Sequence record: AF399011.1
Length of the DNA: 40,000 nucleotides
Source of the DNA: Pseudomonas phage phiKZ
Reading direction: 5' to 3' (one strand)
Part shown: positions 21,551 through 31,172 of the stretch, in pieces
Position numbering within the stretch: the first letter of the stretch is position 1
How the letters are laid out: the number at the start of each line of letters is the position of its first letter
Program-made: the position numbers and the translations under genes
The notes under the pieces: generated by a model
Seen by the model: only the letters and a program-made list of their open reading frames with translations
The model's database searches: none
Told to the model about the DNA's origin: nothing

Positions 21551-21862
21551 ACCTCGGTAGATAGGGATGTTAAATAAGTAACATCCCGATTCTAATACTG
21601 CGACCCTGGTTCACTTCGGTGATAACGGTTAGGAGTAGGTTCCGTGAAGTAATCGACTAGTGGACTTAGTCTAGGTCGACCTATCACTACACGAGGATGA
21701 TAGATCACTTAACCGAAAGGAGTTACTCAAAAGGTAACGTGTGATCAAAAACTACAATGGATGGTAAATGAGACTAGTGCCGGTATGCTACAAAGAAGAG
21801 CGGAGGTTAAGCTTTGTAGATGACGCTAGGCTCGGGCCAGGCTCCGTTGGTGGTCCATTGTA
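21551..21862 (+). ncRNA. Candidate large structured non-coding RNA, multi-hairpin with possible pseudoknots
   Basis: ORF-free ~300-nt gap with at least six perfect or near-perfect helices, closed by ACAATGGA (21755-21762)/TCCATTGT (21855-21862) and followed by a terminator. Confidence 0.6.
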
Positions 21863-21874
21863 AAAACTGATATA

Positions 21875-21912
21875 GCGGCTCCTTCGGGGGCCGCTTATAT
21901 CTCCTTTTTTTG
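21875..21912 (+). terminator. Rho-independent terminator AGCGGCTCC-TTC-GGGGGCCGCT + T run
   Basis: Hairpin followed by tccttttttttg. Confidence 0.85.
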
Positions 21913-23181
21913 TTAATCGATAAACAGGAGTTTGGTATGGGTCTTTATGCCAAAGTTGTTGATCATAATGAAGTTCATGATCAATTTACGGGTAAACGAA
22001 TTTATGCCAATGATTACAATACGAGTAACTCAGATGAGAAAGAAGAATTTGATAGGCATTTCTATTCTCATTTCCAAGATTCAGAAGCAATTGAAAGTAG
22101 TGTAAGCTGTGATTGTCGAGCAATCGAAGACGCACATAAACTCGGAGTAATCTGTGATATTTGTAATACTCCAGTTGTCAATACTTCTAGCCGCCCTATC
22201 GAACCATCAATGTGGGTTCGTACACCAAAACACGTACGTAGCCTAATTAACCCACGTTTAATCATTATGCTAACCGGATATCTAGTAACTAAAGAATTCG
22301 ATTTCTTAGCATATCTAACTGATACTTCTTATCGATACGATGTAGAATCTATTGGTTCTAAAGAAACACGCAGGAAAGTAGATAGGCTACTGCATCGAGG
22401 ATTTGAAAGAGGATTAAATCACTTCATTGATAATTTCAATGAGATCTTCCAATTCCTACTAGATGCAAATATTATCTCTAATAATAAATCCGAATTCGCT
22501 CAATTCGTTGCTCAGAATAAAGATAAGTTATTCCCTAAATATTTACCAGTTCCTTCTAAACTCTGTTTCGTAGCAGAATCAACCACATCTGGTACTTACT
22601 TAGATAAACCAATTGAAGCAGCAATTGATGCTACCTTAACCTTCGCTAGTATTGATGCATCATCTGTACCACTTAGTCCAATTAAAGCTCAGAATAGGAC
22701 TATGCGAGGACTAAGACTATATGGCCAGTTCTACGAGATCTACGCAAAATCACGAATTGCTCAAAAGCCTGGTCTTGCTCGGCGTCACATGTTTGGTGCT
22801 CGTCTCAACGCTACGGCACGTGCAGTAATCACTTCTATTAGTGACCCGCATGATTATGATGAATTACATATTCCGTGGGGAGTAGGTTGTCAATTATTAA
22901 AGTATCATCTAACTAACAAGCTAAAAGCTAAGTTTAACATGACAACTCGTGAAGCATTCTCATTTGTATATGAGAATGTACTTCAATATAACCAAATCAT
23001 CGCAGATCTATTTAAAGAGTTAATTGCAGAAGCAGCCCCTTATAAAGGAATGGGTTGTACTTTTCACCGAAATCCAACGCTTCAACGTGGATCTACGCAG
23101 CAGTTCTTTATTACTAAAGTAAAAGATGACATTAATGATAATTCTATCAGCATGTCAGTTTTATGCCTTAAAGCGCCTAAT
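21910..23181 (+). CDS. Phage multisubunit RNA polymerase beta'-like N-terminal half, exon 1 (424 codons)
   Basis: Cys cluster CDCRAIEDAHKLGVICDIC; GCTFHRNPTLQRGS resembling NRAPTLHR of beta'; residues before the intron align with ...IQLHPLVCAAYN|ADFDGD. Confidence 0.85.
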
Positions 23182-24553
23182 GGACAATTGAATAACTAAA
23201 TAAGGGTAAAAACAATGGAACAAAACGGAGTAGTGTCCGTCTTTGATCCGGCTTCATTTAAAATTGAATGGCGGGATATTCCTGGATACTCAGCATATGA
23301 AGCTAGTAACTTAGGAACAATTCGTCATAAGCGGTTAAATAGAATATGTAATTTCTTCCTTACTAAAACATCGATTGGGACATATCTCAATATTGGTGCA
23401 AAAAATGATGAAAAAACATCTAAGAGTAAGGGTGTTCATATATTAATCTGTTTAGCTTTCCATGGTCCATCACCTGGACCAAATTATGAAGTCAATCATA
23501 AAGACGGCAACAAACATAATAATTTACCATCTAATTTGGAGTGGATGACTCGTGGTGAAAACATTGAGCATGCTTACAAAAATGGATTAAGAAAAGAAAA
23601 TAGACGGGTAATTGCAACTGACGTTACCACTGGTGAAAAGACTACTTATTACTCGATGAGTGAACTTGCTCGGGCATTAGGAGTTAATAAAAATACGGTT
23701 TGGGTTATTATACGTGATCATAAGACTAAGCCGTATAGAAATAGATTCACATTTGAATTTATTACCGGTGAGACTAAGATTGCTGATCGAGATAGTACCA
23801 AGACAGTTTATGTTTTAGACTATAAGACTAAGACATTACATGTGTTTCATAACTTAGCTGAAATGGAACTTGCACTGGGTACTAAACGTAATAAAGCCTA
23901 TTACCATCTAGTTAGAGGTAGTAAGGAAATCATGGATGGTTTGGTATTCTCATATACCGCTAATCCTGAAGATTTCCCTAAATACACTCAAAAAGAAATT
24001 GAAGCCTCATTTGGAAAACCTAGTAATGGAAAAGGTACTCCAATTGAAGTAACTGACACCATCTTGAACACTACCAAAGTGTATCCGAGTATTCCACACT
24101 TTGCAAGAGATGTCGGTATTAAGCATCCGAATACTGTTCGAAGAGCAATCTTTGAAAAGAATGGGGTGCTTGATAAATACCTTATTAAGTTAATCAAATC
24201 TAGTTCCCCCAATGAGTAATCGTTGGGTTGAGTTCTCTCTAATTGCTGGGATATCCTGTTAAACTAATCTACCACTGCGAGTCGAAAGACAAAGCCAAGG
24301 TTTGAAAAAGATTAGGTAGGGCCAATCAGCAGCCAAGCTCCGTAACATTCCATTTAGGAATAGGAGAAGGTTCAACGACTATTACGGTATCAGGTGCACC
24401 GGTCCTAGAAATAGGATGTAGGGTCAAGTGACTCGAAATGGGAGACACCCCACTCCGAAAGGAAGGGTGAAGATATAGTCTGGTCTTCTAGCGAGAGCTA
24501 GAGCTGCACGTAATGGTGCGGGTATCAATTAACGACTGATACTGAACAATACG
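23182..24553 (+). other. Group I intron (1372 nt) in the RNAP beta' gene
   Basis: Core-like segments AATCAGCAGCCAAGCT (24324-24339), GGTTCAACGACTAT (24369-24382), GAAGATATAGTCTGGTC (24469-24485); exon 1 ends in U and intron ends in G; excision restores N-ADFDGDQ in frame; IGS candidate GTTGGG (24222-24227) pairs with CCTAAT (23176-23181) with a terminal U.G. Confidence 0.9.
23215..24219 (+). CDS. Intron-encoded HNH homing endonuclease (NUMOD4 + HNH + NUMOD1-like repeats), 334 aa
   Basis: WRDIPGYSAYEASNLGTIRHK (NUMOD4); NHKDGNKHNNLPSNLEW...NIEHAYKNG (HNH); ...YYSMSELARALGVNKNTV and two further NUMOD1-like segments. Confidence 0.9.
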   Translation: MEQNGVVSVFDPASFKIEWRDIPGYSAYEASNLGTIRHKRLNRICNFFLTKTSIGTYLNIGAKNDEKTSKSKGVHILICLAFHGPSPGPNYEVNHKDGNKHNNLPSNLEWMTRGENIEHAYKNGLRKENRRVIATDVTTGEKTTYYSMSELARALGVNKNTVWVIIRDHKTKPYRNRFTFEFITGETKIADRDSTKTVYVLDYKTKTLHVFHNLAEMELALGTKRNKAYYHLVRGSKEIMDGLVFSYTANPEDFPKYTQKEIEASFGKPSNGKGTPIEVTDTILNTTKVYPSIPHFARDVGIKHPNTVRRAIFEKNGVLDKYLIKLIKSSSPNE

Positions 24554-24775
24554 GCTGATTTTGACGGCGATCAATTGAATCTTACGTTAATGCCTGATGT
24601 GTATCTAACTAAAGCAACTGAACGCATTGCACCACACACGTGGGTTCTATCTATTGATGAACCACATGAAATCTCAGGTAACCTTGAATTACAGGGTCCT
24701 GTTGTAGAAACAATTATTAACTGGGCACATGAGAAGTATTTACCGCCATTAGAAGAATGGCTAAAAGCAAAATAA
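24554..24775 (+). CDS. Phage RNAP beta'-like N-terminal half, exon 2 (73 codons + stop)
   Basis: ADFDGDQLNLTLMPDVYLTKAT...: catalytic (N)ADFDGD loop; lengths of both exons are multiples of three. Confidence 0.88.
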   Translation, partial: ADFDGDQLNLTLMPDVYLTKATERIAPHTWVLSIDEPHEISGNLELQGPVVETIINWAHEKYLPPLEEWLKAK

Positions 24776-24803
24776 ATTAATAGGGGAGTCTAACTCCCCT
24801 ATT
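24776..24803 (+). terminator. Hairpin AATAGGGGAGT-cta-ACTCCCCTATT
   Basis: Inverted repeat after stop, weak T run. Confidence 0.7.
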
Positions 24804-24823
24804 ATTTCTTTGAGGCTGGTAGC

Positions 24824-25207
24824 ATGCATGATTTAGTCATCTATTGGAAAGCTCATGATGGTTACTACATACAAGATGAACATGGCGAACATCCTGTAAC
24901 TTTCCAATTCGCAGAAATTAATTGGAATTTCACCGGAGCTTATGAATACGGTGGTTCTGAATTAATTGATGATCACTTAAGGTTTGGTATAGATTTCAAA
25001 GTACGTGATATTGAATGGCAAATTAGGTTTGATTTAAACGGTAAATTTACTCTGTACAATATGTCAAATAATGATCGGGATGATACCTTTGTAATTCCAG
25101 CTACTTCAAAATTTGCCCAATTCTTTAAAAAGACAGGCAAACATGTAGTTACTAATGAAGTTATCACTATCCCAATTAATTGCTCTTTTGATAAGCAAAT
25201 TTATTAA
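24824..25207 (+). CDS. Hypothetical protein (127 aa)
   Basis: ORF. Confidence 0.75.
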   Translation: MHDLVIYWKAHDGYYIQDEHGEHPVTFQFAEINWNFTGAYEYGGSELIDDHLRFGIDFKVRDIEWQIRFDLNGKFTLYNMSNNDRDDTFVIPATSKFAQFFKKTGKHVVTNEVITIPINCSFDKQIY

Positions 25208-25219
25208 AGGTAAATAAGG

Positions 25220-25645
25220 ATGAATAGTAAATGTAATGAATGTACTAAGCAAATCGATAATTCCCATGATGCACCAAAAACACTTGGTATCTGCCATAAG
25301 CATTATCGGTTCAGTGTATTTGGGGATAATGGTTTACTTAAAGATTCAGATAAACTAGTTACATTTAAACTTAATAAAGAAACTAATCTATTTGAATGTA
25401 TTCTAGAAAATACTAAAGGTGAGTATACGGGATTCCATCATCCTAAGTTTGGATTCCGTATTAAACATGATGATCCAATCACTATTGTGGTGACTGCACC
25501 TGAACATGACATCTATGTTGAATTAACTGTAACTGTTGAAGGTGTTACAAAAGCTATCAATTGGATCGGTCAGGAACTAGACACATTTAACCTACCTATA
25601 CAACATCCGTTTAATCTATGTTGGTCATATACGGCCAATAACTGA
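25220..25645 (+). CDS. Hypothetical protein (141 aa) with N-terminal C-x2-C...C-x2-H cluster
   Basis: ORF with aaggATG; MNSKCNECTKQIDNSHDAPKTLGICHKH. Confidence 0.75.
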   Translation: MNSKCNECTKQIDNSHDAPKTLGICHKHYRFSVFGDNGLLKDSDKLVTFKLNKETNLFECILENTKGEYTGFHHPKFGFRIKHDDPITIVVTAPEHDIYVELTVTVEGVTKAINWIGQELDTFNLPIQHPFNLCWSYTANN

Positions 25646-25700
25646 AGTGTATAATGGTTATAGATACTCATGGTGTGGACCTATTGGACAGTTGCGCCGT
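25601..25700 (+). repeat. Diverged direct repeat, copy A
   Basis: ~76% ungapped identity by hand to 25967-26066. Confidence 0.8.
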
Positions 25701-25719
25701 GAAGTTATACTGAATTCAA

Positions 25720-25739
25720 TTTCAGATTTATATTACTAA
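25720..25739 (+). promoter_or_regulatory. Promoter-like motif (tttCAGATTTATATTACTAA)
   Basis: Recurrent motif. Confidence 0.6.
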
Positions 25740-25767
25740 GGTGCAATAGTGATAAGGGGAATACCCA

Positions 25768-25950
25768 ATGTCTAATATTCGTGAAATTATTCGACGTAAC
25801 CCGGAATGTTTATCACAAGCTGAACGAGATGAACGTGAAGCCAGATCGGTAGCCATGATAACTGGGAGATATATTACTCGTGGGAATGGTGATGTAGTGG
25901 TAAACAGTAGGTTTGTCGATGCATATGTCGAAATGATCTCTAAGCTTTAA
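25768..25950 (+). CDS. Small hypothetical protein (60 aa)
   Basis: ORF between repeat copies. Confidence 0.6.
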   Translation: MSNIREIIRRNPECLSQAERDEREARSVAMITGRYITRGNGDVVVNSRFVDAYVEMISKL

Positions 25951-25966
25951 GGGGTAATCTATTATG

Positions 25967-26066
25967 CAACATCAATTTAATCTATGCTGGGTATATGAGT
26001 ACAGTATCTGAGGTGAATAATGATTGTAGATGCACATGGTGTAGACCTCTTGGACATCTGTGCAGG
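25967..26066 (+). repeat. Diverged direct repeat, copy B (includes start of ORF 26020)
   Basis: See copy A. Confidence 0.8.
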
Positions 26067-26631
26067 TGGCCATCTTACACAGCAAACAACTCAATGGTTG
26101 GGTGAGCGTAGCCAGGCATTGCGTTCAACTATGTCAACTGCTGCTGCTAGCTTTTTCAATACTGCACAAAATATGTACAGTATGATTAGTGAATCAGCTG
26201 CTGTTCAAGCACTGCGGAATCTAACCACAAAGAAAGATAATTTATGGCAGTCTAACAACATTGTGTATCTTGAGACATTAGCTGAACTACAAACAGCTGG
26301 TCCGATTATGCAACGTTGGGTTATGGCGCATGAGCGTCTAAGAACTATGTATCTTAATAATGAAGTTGATGGATATGGTGGTTCTTATAATAACATCCAA
26401 GGTGATGCTGTAGGTGAACGACAGTTTGATTATCGTCGCGTGATGGATGGAGTTATGTATACCGATAAGAAAGAATTCGGTTATAAAAACTATCACGAAG
26501 ATATCAAGAGCGATCGTAAACTTAGTCTGCACGAGAAAGTTGACATTATCCGTATGTGGAATGCTATTGATGGGCATCTGGACGCAGGTGAAGAAGATCC
26601 AACTTCAGTCGTAGGTAATCTTCTAGGTTAA
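26020..26631 (+). CDS. Hypothetical protein (203 aa)
   Basis: ORF with gaggtgaataATG. Confidence 0.8.
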   Translation: MIVDAHGVDLLDICAGGHLTQQTTQWLGERSQALRSTMSTAAASFFNTAQNMYSMISESAAVQALRNLTTKKDNLWQSNNIVYLETLAELQTAGPIMQRWVMAHERLRTMYLNNEVDGYGGSYNNIQGDAVGERQFDYRRVMDGVMYTDKKEFGYKNYHEDIKSDRKLSLHEKVDIIRMWNAIDGHLDAGEEDPTSVVGNLLG

Positions 26632-26636
26632 ATAAA

Positions 26637-26663
26637 TGAGAGTCCCTACATGGGGCTCTCTTC
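26637..26663 (+). terminator. Hairpin GAGAGTCCC-taca-TGGGGCTCTC
   Basis: Inverted repeat after stop. Confidence 0.55.
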
Positions 26664-26682
26664 TATCGTTTAGGAGAGATCT

Positions 26683-27018
26683 ATGTCAATTGATCTACTC
26701 GTACCAAATAAACTAAAGATGTTTCAAAAAAGTCCAGATGGTACGGGATATATGTACTTTAATAGTACAGATGGGATAGAACTTAAACACGATAATCAAA
26801 CACGACTATTGTATCTTCCTGATAATGTCTATGTAACTGGTGATTATGTTTCACCTGATACTAAATTTATTTTCACAGTTATTGAAGGTGAAGTGGTCTC
26901 TATTAAATTAGATACTGGCGAGGAAATACATAGTTATAGTTTTTGTGATGAGAGTCCATTGTGGAACCATCCACATATTGCTTTTTACGTTAAGGAAAAT
27001 ACAGATGCTATTAATTAA
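26683..27018 (+). CDS. Hypothetical protein (111 aa)
   Basis: ORF with aggagatctATG. Confidence 0.75.
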   Translation: MSIDLLVPNKLKMFQKSPDGTGYMYFNSTDGIELKHDNQTRLLYLPDNVYVTGDYVSPDTKFIFTVIEGEVVSIKLDTGEEIHSYSFCDESPLWNHPHIAFYVKENTDAIN

Positions 27019-27034
27019 GCGTAATGACTCATCA

Positions 27035-27469
27035 ATGCCACTACACCCTATTCTTAAATTAACTACTGCTGTAGTTGATTCAACTCGTTTTAATCTTGAA
27101 GAATATTCTTATCTTAAAGAAGCATTTAAGAATGGCACTCTACGTATCTATGTAACTGGATATGACTATGCTTACCCATCTGAAGATGGTCATCTTGTTA
27201 TTAAAGACGACCATCCTAATGTATCTAGCAGGCCACCATTTGTACATGTTGGTAGGGATCCAAATGGGCTAGTTGATGATACCCAGTTATATGTAGCTAC
27301 AACTCATTTTTCAGGGACAAGTAGTGAAATTACTGCCAAACCCATTAGTGTACATGCATGTGTTACTGAACACGATATCGTTTTAACAAGTACACTCAAG
27401 AAAAAAGAAGGTGCTGTCATCGTATACCACATTGAATTAATTGCAAGTAAATATTTATATGCTAGTTAA
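27035..27469 (+). CDS. Hypothetical protein (~144 aa; track start 26945 overlaps the upstream gene)
   Basis: ORF; MPLHPILKLTTAVVD... likely N-terminus. Confidence 0.65.
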   Translation: MPLHPILKLTTAVVDSTRFNLEEYSYLKEAFKNGTLRIYVTGYDYAYPSEDGHLVIKDDHPNVSSRPPFVHVGRDPNGLVDDTQLYVATTHFSGTSSEITAKPISVHACVTEHDIVLTSTLKKKEGAVIVYHIELIASKYLYAS

Positions 27470-27499
27470 TGTAAGTATTTAACTGTATGTATCAAGCAA

Positions 27500-27973
<474 letters not shown>

Positions 27974-28531
27974 ATGACTAGTGAAGTTGAGAAAAATGAA
28001 AGCGAAGCTATGAACTCCATGCTATTAAAACGAATTCATATGCTAGAAGTAACAGTTAGGAATCTAACGAAACATGCTAATGTTGTAGATGAAGCTTTCC
28101 AACAATTAGTAAAAGCTAAAGCTGAAGAAACTGCAACATTTAATATTCGCGTTAGTCGAGTTCTTGCAGATATTCTTTGCAATATGGGTGAAAGTATTCG
28201 GCATGAAGTTGATGACGCAATGCGAGCTATCCATGGTGATACTAAACCAGTATTCGCACTAGCTGAAGTAGATGGGGTTAATCAGAAAGAACATATGGAA
28301 TCAGTCATTGTTCGTAAGGGCGGTGATAAAGGTTATATGTTTGCTACTGTTGGAACGCCTAATAAGTTCACTACTGAAAACTGCGATGCGTTGATTGATT
28401 ACCTAAATAGTAATCCTCAACTAATGGAAAACAAAGAAGAAGCTCGTTTTAATATCATCACTACTCTGACTAAACAACAGATTGAACAAGTTATGGGTAA
28501 AGAAGATGGCAACTCCGGAACCGAACACTAG
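27974..28531 (+). CDS. Hypothetical protein (185 aa), N-terminal helical region
   Basis: ORF immediately following stop. Confidence 0.75.
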   Translation: MTSEVEKNESEAMNSMLLKRIHMLEVTVRNLTKHANVVDEAFQQLVKAKAEETATFNIRVSRVLADILCNMGESIRHEVDDAMRAIHGDTKPVFALAEVDGVNQKEHMESVIVRKGGDKGYMFATVGTPNKFTTENCDALIDYLNSNPQLMENKEEARFNIITTLTKQQIEQVMGKEDGNSGTEH

Positions 28532-29114
28532 AGTTACAGATAGCGATAACATGATCATGGATGCAATGCAAGCCATGGTTAGCATTCATCAGAAAGAGAC
28601 ACCTATTGTTCATGAGGACGTTTTTGTAAAGAATATATTACCATTACTTGAATGCCCGTGGGCACCTGGTGCATTAGATGAATATCGTAAATATGTTCGT
28701 GAGCTATCAAATCCGTTACGCGTAGCAAGTGTCAATACCAAAGAAGCGGTTGTGCTTTTTACAGTTCCAGCACTTTATCCTCGTCCAAGTGTTGCAATCT
28801 CATCTGGTGAGAATGTTGCTAGCATTTCTAACGTAATGGATTATTATAATAAAGAACATAACCGCAATCCACGTGGTGGGTTTGCTAAAGAAGCAGCTCA
28901 ATTCTTAGAGCGGTGTATTTATAATGAACCATTGGAAAAACAACTTTTACAAGTGTTAATCCAAATCTTAGCAGCATATGGTCGGGTATTAAAAAATACT
29001 GATGGTACTCCGTTATATGAGTTACCGAATACATCTTCATCTAAATCTGGAGGTGTGCAAGTAGATACACCTGAGAATGATGAATGTGTTTACGGTGACG
29101 AATATGAAGACTGA
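28506..29114 (+). CDS. Hypothetical protein (~202 aa)
   Basis: ORF track 28482..29114; ATG 28506 preceded by gggtaaagaag. Confidence 0.75.
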   Translation: MATPEPNTRVTDSDNMIMDAMQAMVSIHQKETPIVHEDVFVKNILPLLECPWAPGALDEYRKYVRELSNPLRVASVNTKEAVVLFTVPALYPRPSVAISSGENVASISNVMDYYNKEHNRNPRGGFAKEAAQFLERCIYNEPLEKQLLQVLIQILAAYGRVLKNTDGTPLYELPNTSSSKSGGVQVDTPENDECVYGDEYED

Positions 29115-30243
29115 TAAAACAAAGAAACCTGGCATATTTCGATATTTAACAGTAGGCGATGTCCATATGGGGCATCGCCAAACCCCTACTGAATTAATCA
29201 TCAATAACTTTTGGAAAACTGTCCCTGATACAATTTTAAAAGATATTGATATGTTGATTATTACAGGGGATTTATTTGATCGTCAATTAAACAATGGCGA
29301 TCCAGCTGCATACGCAATTGATAGATTTATTACAATACTTCTCTACAAATGTGAAATGTATAATGTAATGATCCGTATTGTTGAAGGGACCCCATCACAT
29401 GACCGTGGGCAAATGCAGTTTTTCGTAGAACAAAAAAATAATGCAAATATTAAAGTTGATTTGCATTATTCAAAGATTCTCGATATTGAGTATATTGAGA
29501 AACTAGATGCATATTTCCTTTATGTCCCTGATAAATGGAATCCATCCACATCAGAGACTTTAAATCAAGTAAAAGATTTAATGCATAAGAAAGGTATATC
29601 TCAAGTTGACTTTACTATTTTACATGGGGCATTTAAACATCAGCTACCAAGTATTGTGGAAGAGCCAACACATGATCCAGACGAATATTTAGCATTAACT
29701 AAATATATGATCAATGGTGGGCATGTTCATGAGATGTCTATCTATGAACGCATTTTAGCTGCCGGTGGATTTGATCGATTAAGTCACAACGATGAAATTC
29801 CAAAAGGATTATTTGATGTTGTGGTGAAAGAAAATGGCGAATGGACTGCTACATTCCTTGAGAATAAGGGTGCGCGTAGATACGATACTTTGAATGTCCA
29901 TGGAATGGATACTAAGCAACTTAATTACACTGTTAAAGAACATATCAAGACACTACCAACTAACTCTGCAATTAGGTTAAGATGTAATCCAGGTGATGTA
30001 GCTACTGGTGATCTCGATACATTTCAAAATGAATATCCTAATTTTTCATGGAGTATCTTAATTGAAAAAGTTACTACAAAGAAAAATACTGTGTCAGATA
30101 GCCTAAAGAATTTTGATTTATCAGAATTTTTGGATATAACTCCAGAAAGTATTTCTGATTTAATTATTCCAGATATTGAAAAATTTACAGCGGACGCTGC
30201 TCAGATCCAACGGGTATTGGGATTATTGACAGAGTTCAAATAA
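29104..30243 (+). CDS. Calcineurin-like metallophosphoesterase, SbcD/Mre11/T4 gp47-like nuclease
   Basis: TVGDVHMGH, ITGDLFDRQ, EGTPSHDRGQ, ILHGAFKH, INGGHVHE: ordered metallophosphoesterase motifs. Confidence 0.85.
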   Translation: MKTDKTKKPGIFRYLTVGDVHMGHRQTPTELIINNFWKTVPDTILKDIDMLIITGDLFDRQLNNGDPAAYAIDRFITILLYKCEMYNVMIRIVEGTPSHDRGQMQFFVEQKNNANIKVDLHYSKILDIEYIEKLDAYFLYVPDKWNPSTSETLNQVKDLMHKKGISQVDFTILHGAFKHQLPSIVEEPTHDPDEYLALTKYMINGGHVHEMSIYERILAAGGFDRLSHNDEIPKGLFDVVVKENGEWTATFLENKGARRYDTLNVHGMDTKQLNYTVKEHIKTLPTNSAIRLRCNPGDVATGDLDTFQNEYPNFSWSILIEKVTTKKNTVSDSLKNFDLSEFLDITPESISDLIIPDIEKFTADAAQIQRVLGLLTEFK

Positions 30244-30255
30244 AAGGCAATAATA

Positions 30256-31086
30256 ATGGATATTATCGAGAGAGATGTAGGTGCTAATATTCCGATTAGC
30301 ATTGGAACTTCTTTTGCTCTCGAAGGGCTTATAGGAACACATCCACAAAAGCCTAGACAACCAACTGATGTTAAGTCTATTAAAGAAATATGGATTAATG
30401 TCCGTACTCTTGCAAGAAATATGTGGCAGGCTATGAAGTCTGAACAACAAACTAATATTAACTTGGTTGCAGCAGTCGATGTTTTATTTCAAGAAGCACA
30501 AACAATCCCGGTTGCTTTACGGCAATCGGGGATAAAAGCAACTGTAAAATATTACATTACTGGTCGAGATGCAGTGAAGTGGTTATTCCCTAAAGCTACA
30601 TTTAAAGTATCACGAACACCGCAACAATTAGCTTATGATGTTTATGAACGATTTGTATCAATTGAACTATATCAGAAGTTAAAAGATACAGATTTAATTA
30701 CAATGGAAATATCTAATAAACCTCCAAAGGTTGAAGGTACTGTTTTACTATTAACCCATTTCCCACATGAACTATTATGGAAACCCCATTTTAATAGACT
30801 TCTTTTATTGGAATCCCATACGGGTAAAATAAAGACATACAACATGTGGTATACTAAACTAAATGGTTTAAAAGAAGATACTCCATTTCCTTTTACATCA
30901 TTTGCTATACAGATATTTGGCGATAAACAATTACTTGAACCACAAGACAAAGCTATTCGTGCGCAATTAAAACAATTGGCACAATCTAGAAAATGGACAG
31001 GATTAACAACACCAGATAAAGTTCATCATGACATTACTGCTTATGGTTCTAAAGAGTTAAAAGAAGCATACAAGAAATTCAAATAG
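30256..31086 (+). CDS. Hypothetical protein (276 aa), adjacent to the nuclease gene
   Basis: ORF. Confidence 0.75.
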   Translation: MDIIERDVGANIPISIGTSFALEGLIGTHPQKPRQPTDVKSIKEIWINVRTLARNMWQAMKSEQQTNINLVAAVDVLFQEAQTIPVALRQSGIKATVKYYITGRDAVKWLFPKATFKVSRTPQQLAYDVYERFVSIELYQKLKDTDLITMEISNKPPKVEGTVLLLTHFPHELLWKPHFNRLLLLESHTGKIKTYNMWYTKLNGLKEDTPFPFTSFAIQIFGDKQLLEPQDKAIRAQLKQLAQSRKWTGLTTPDKVHHDITAYGSKELKEAYKKFK

Positions 31087-31172
31087 AAGAAATACTTGTT
31101 GCGATAATATTACGTAGAAATCATTTCCCATCTAGTTAAAAGAATCTAGTTTTAATTTGGAGTTATCACATC

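Noticed and set aside
21543-21870. Possible third group I intron in the structured spacer
   Set aside because: No AATCAGCAG-, TTCAACGACTA- or GATATAGTC-like core segments as in the two genuine introns, and flanking genes are complete.
24575-24775. Independent 66-aa protein MNLTLMPDVYL...
   Set aside because: It is exon 2 of the RNAP beta' gene; the start is an artefact (TTG within GDQLNL).
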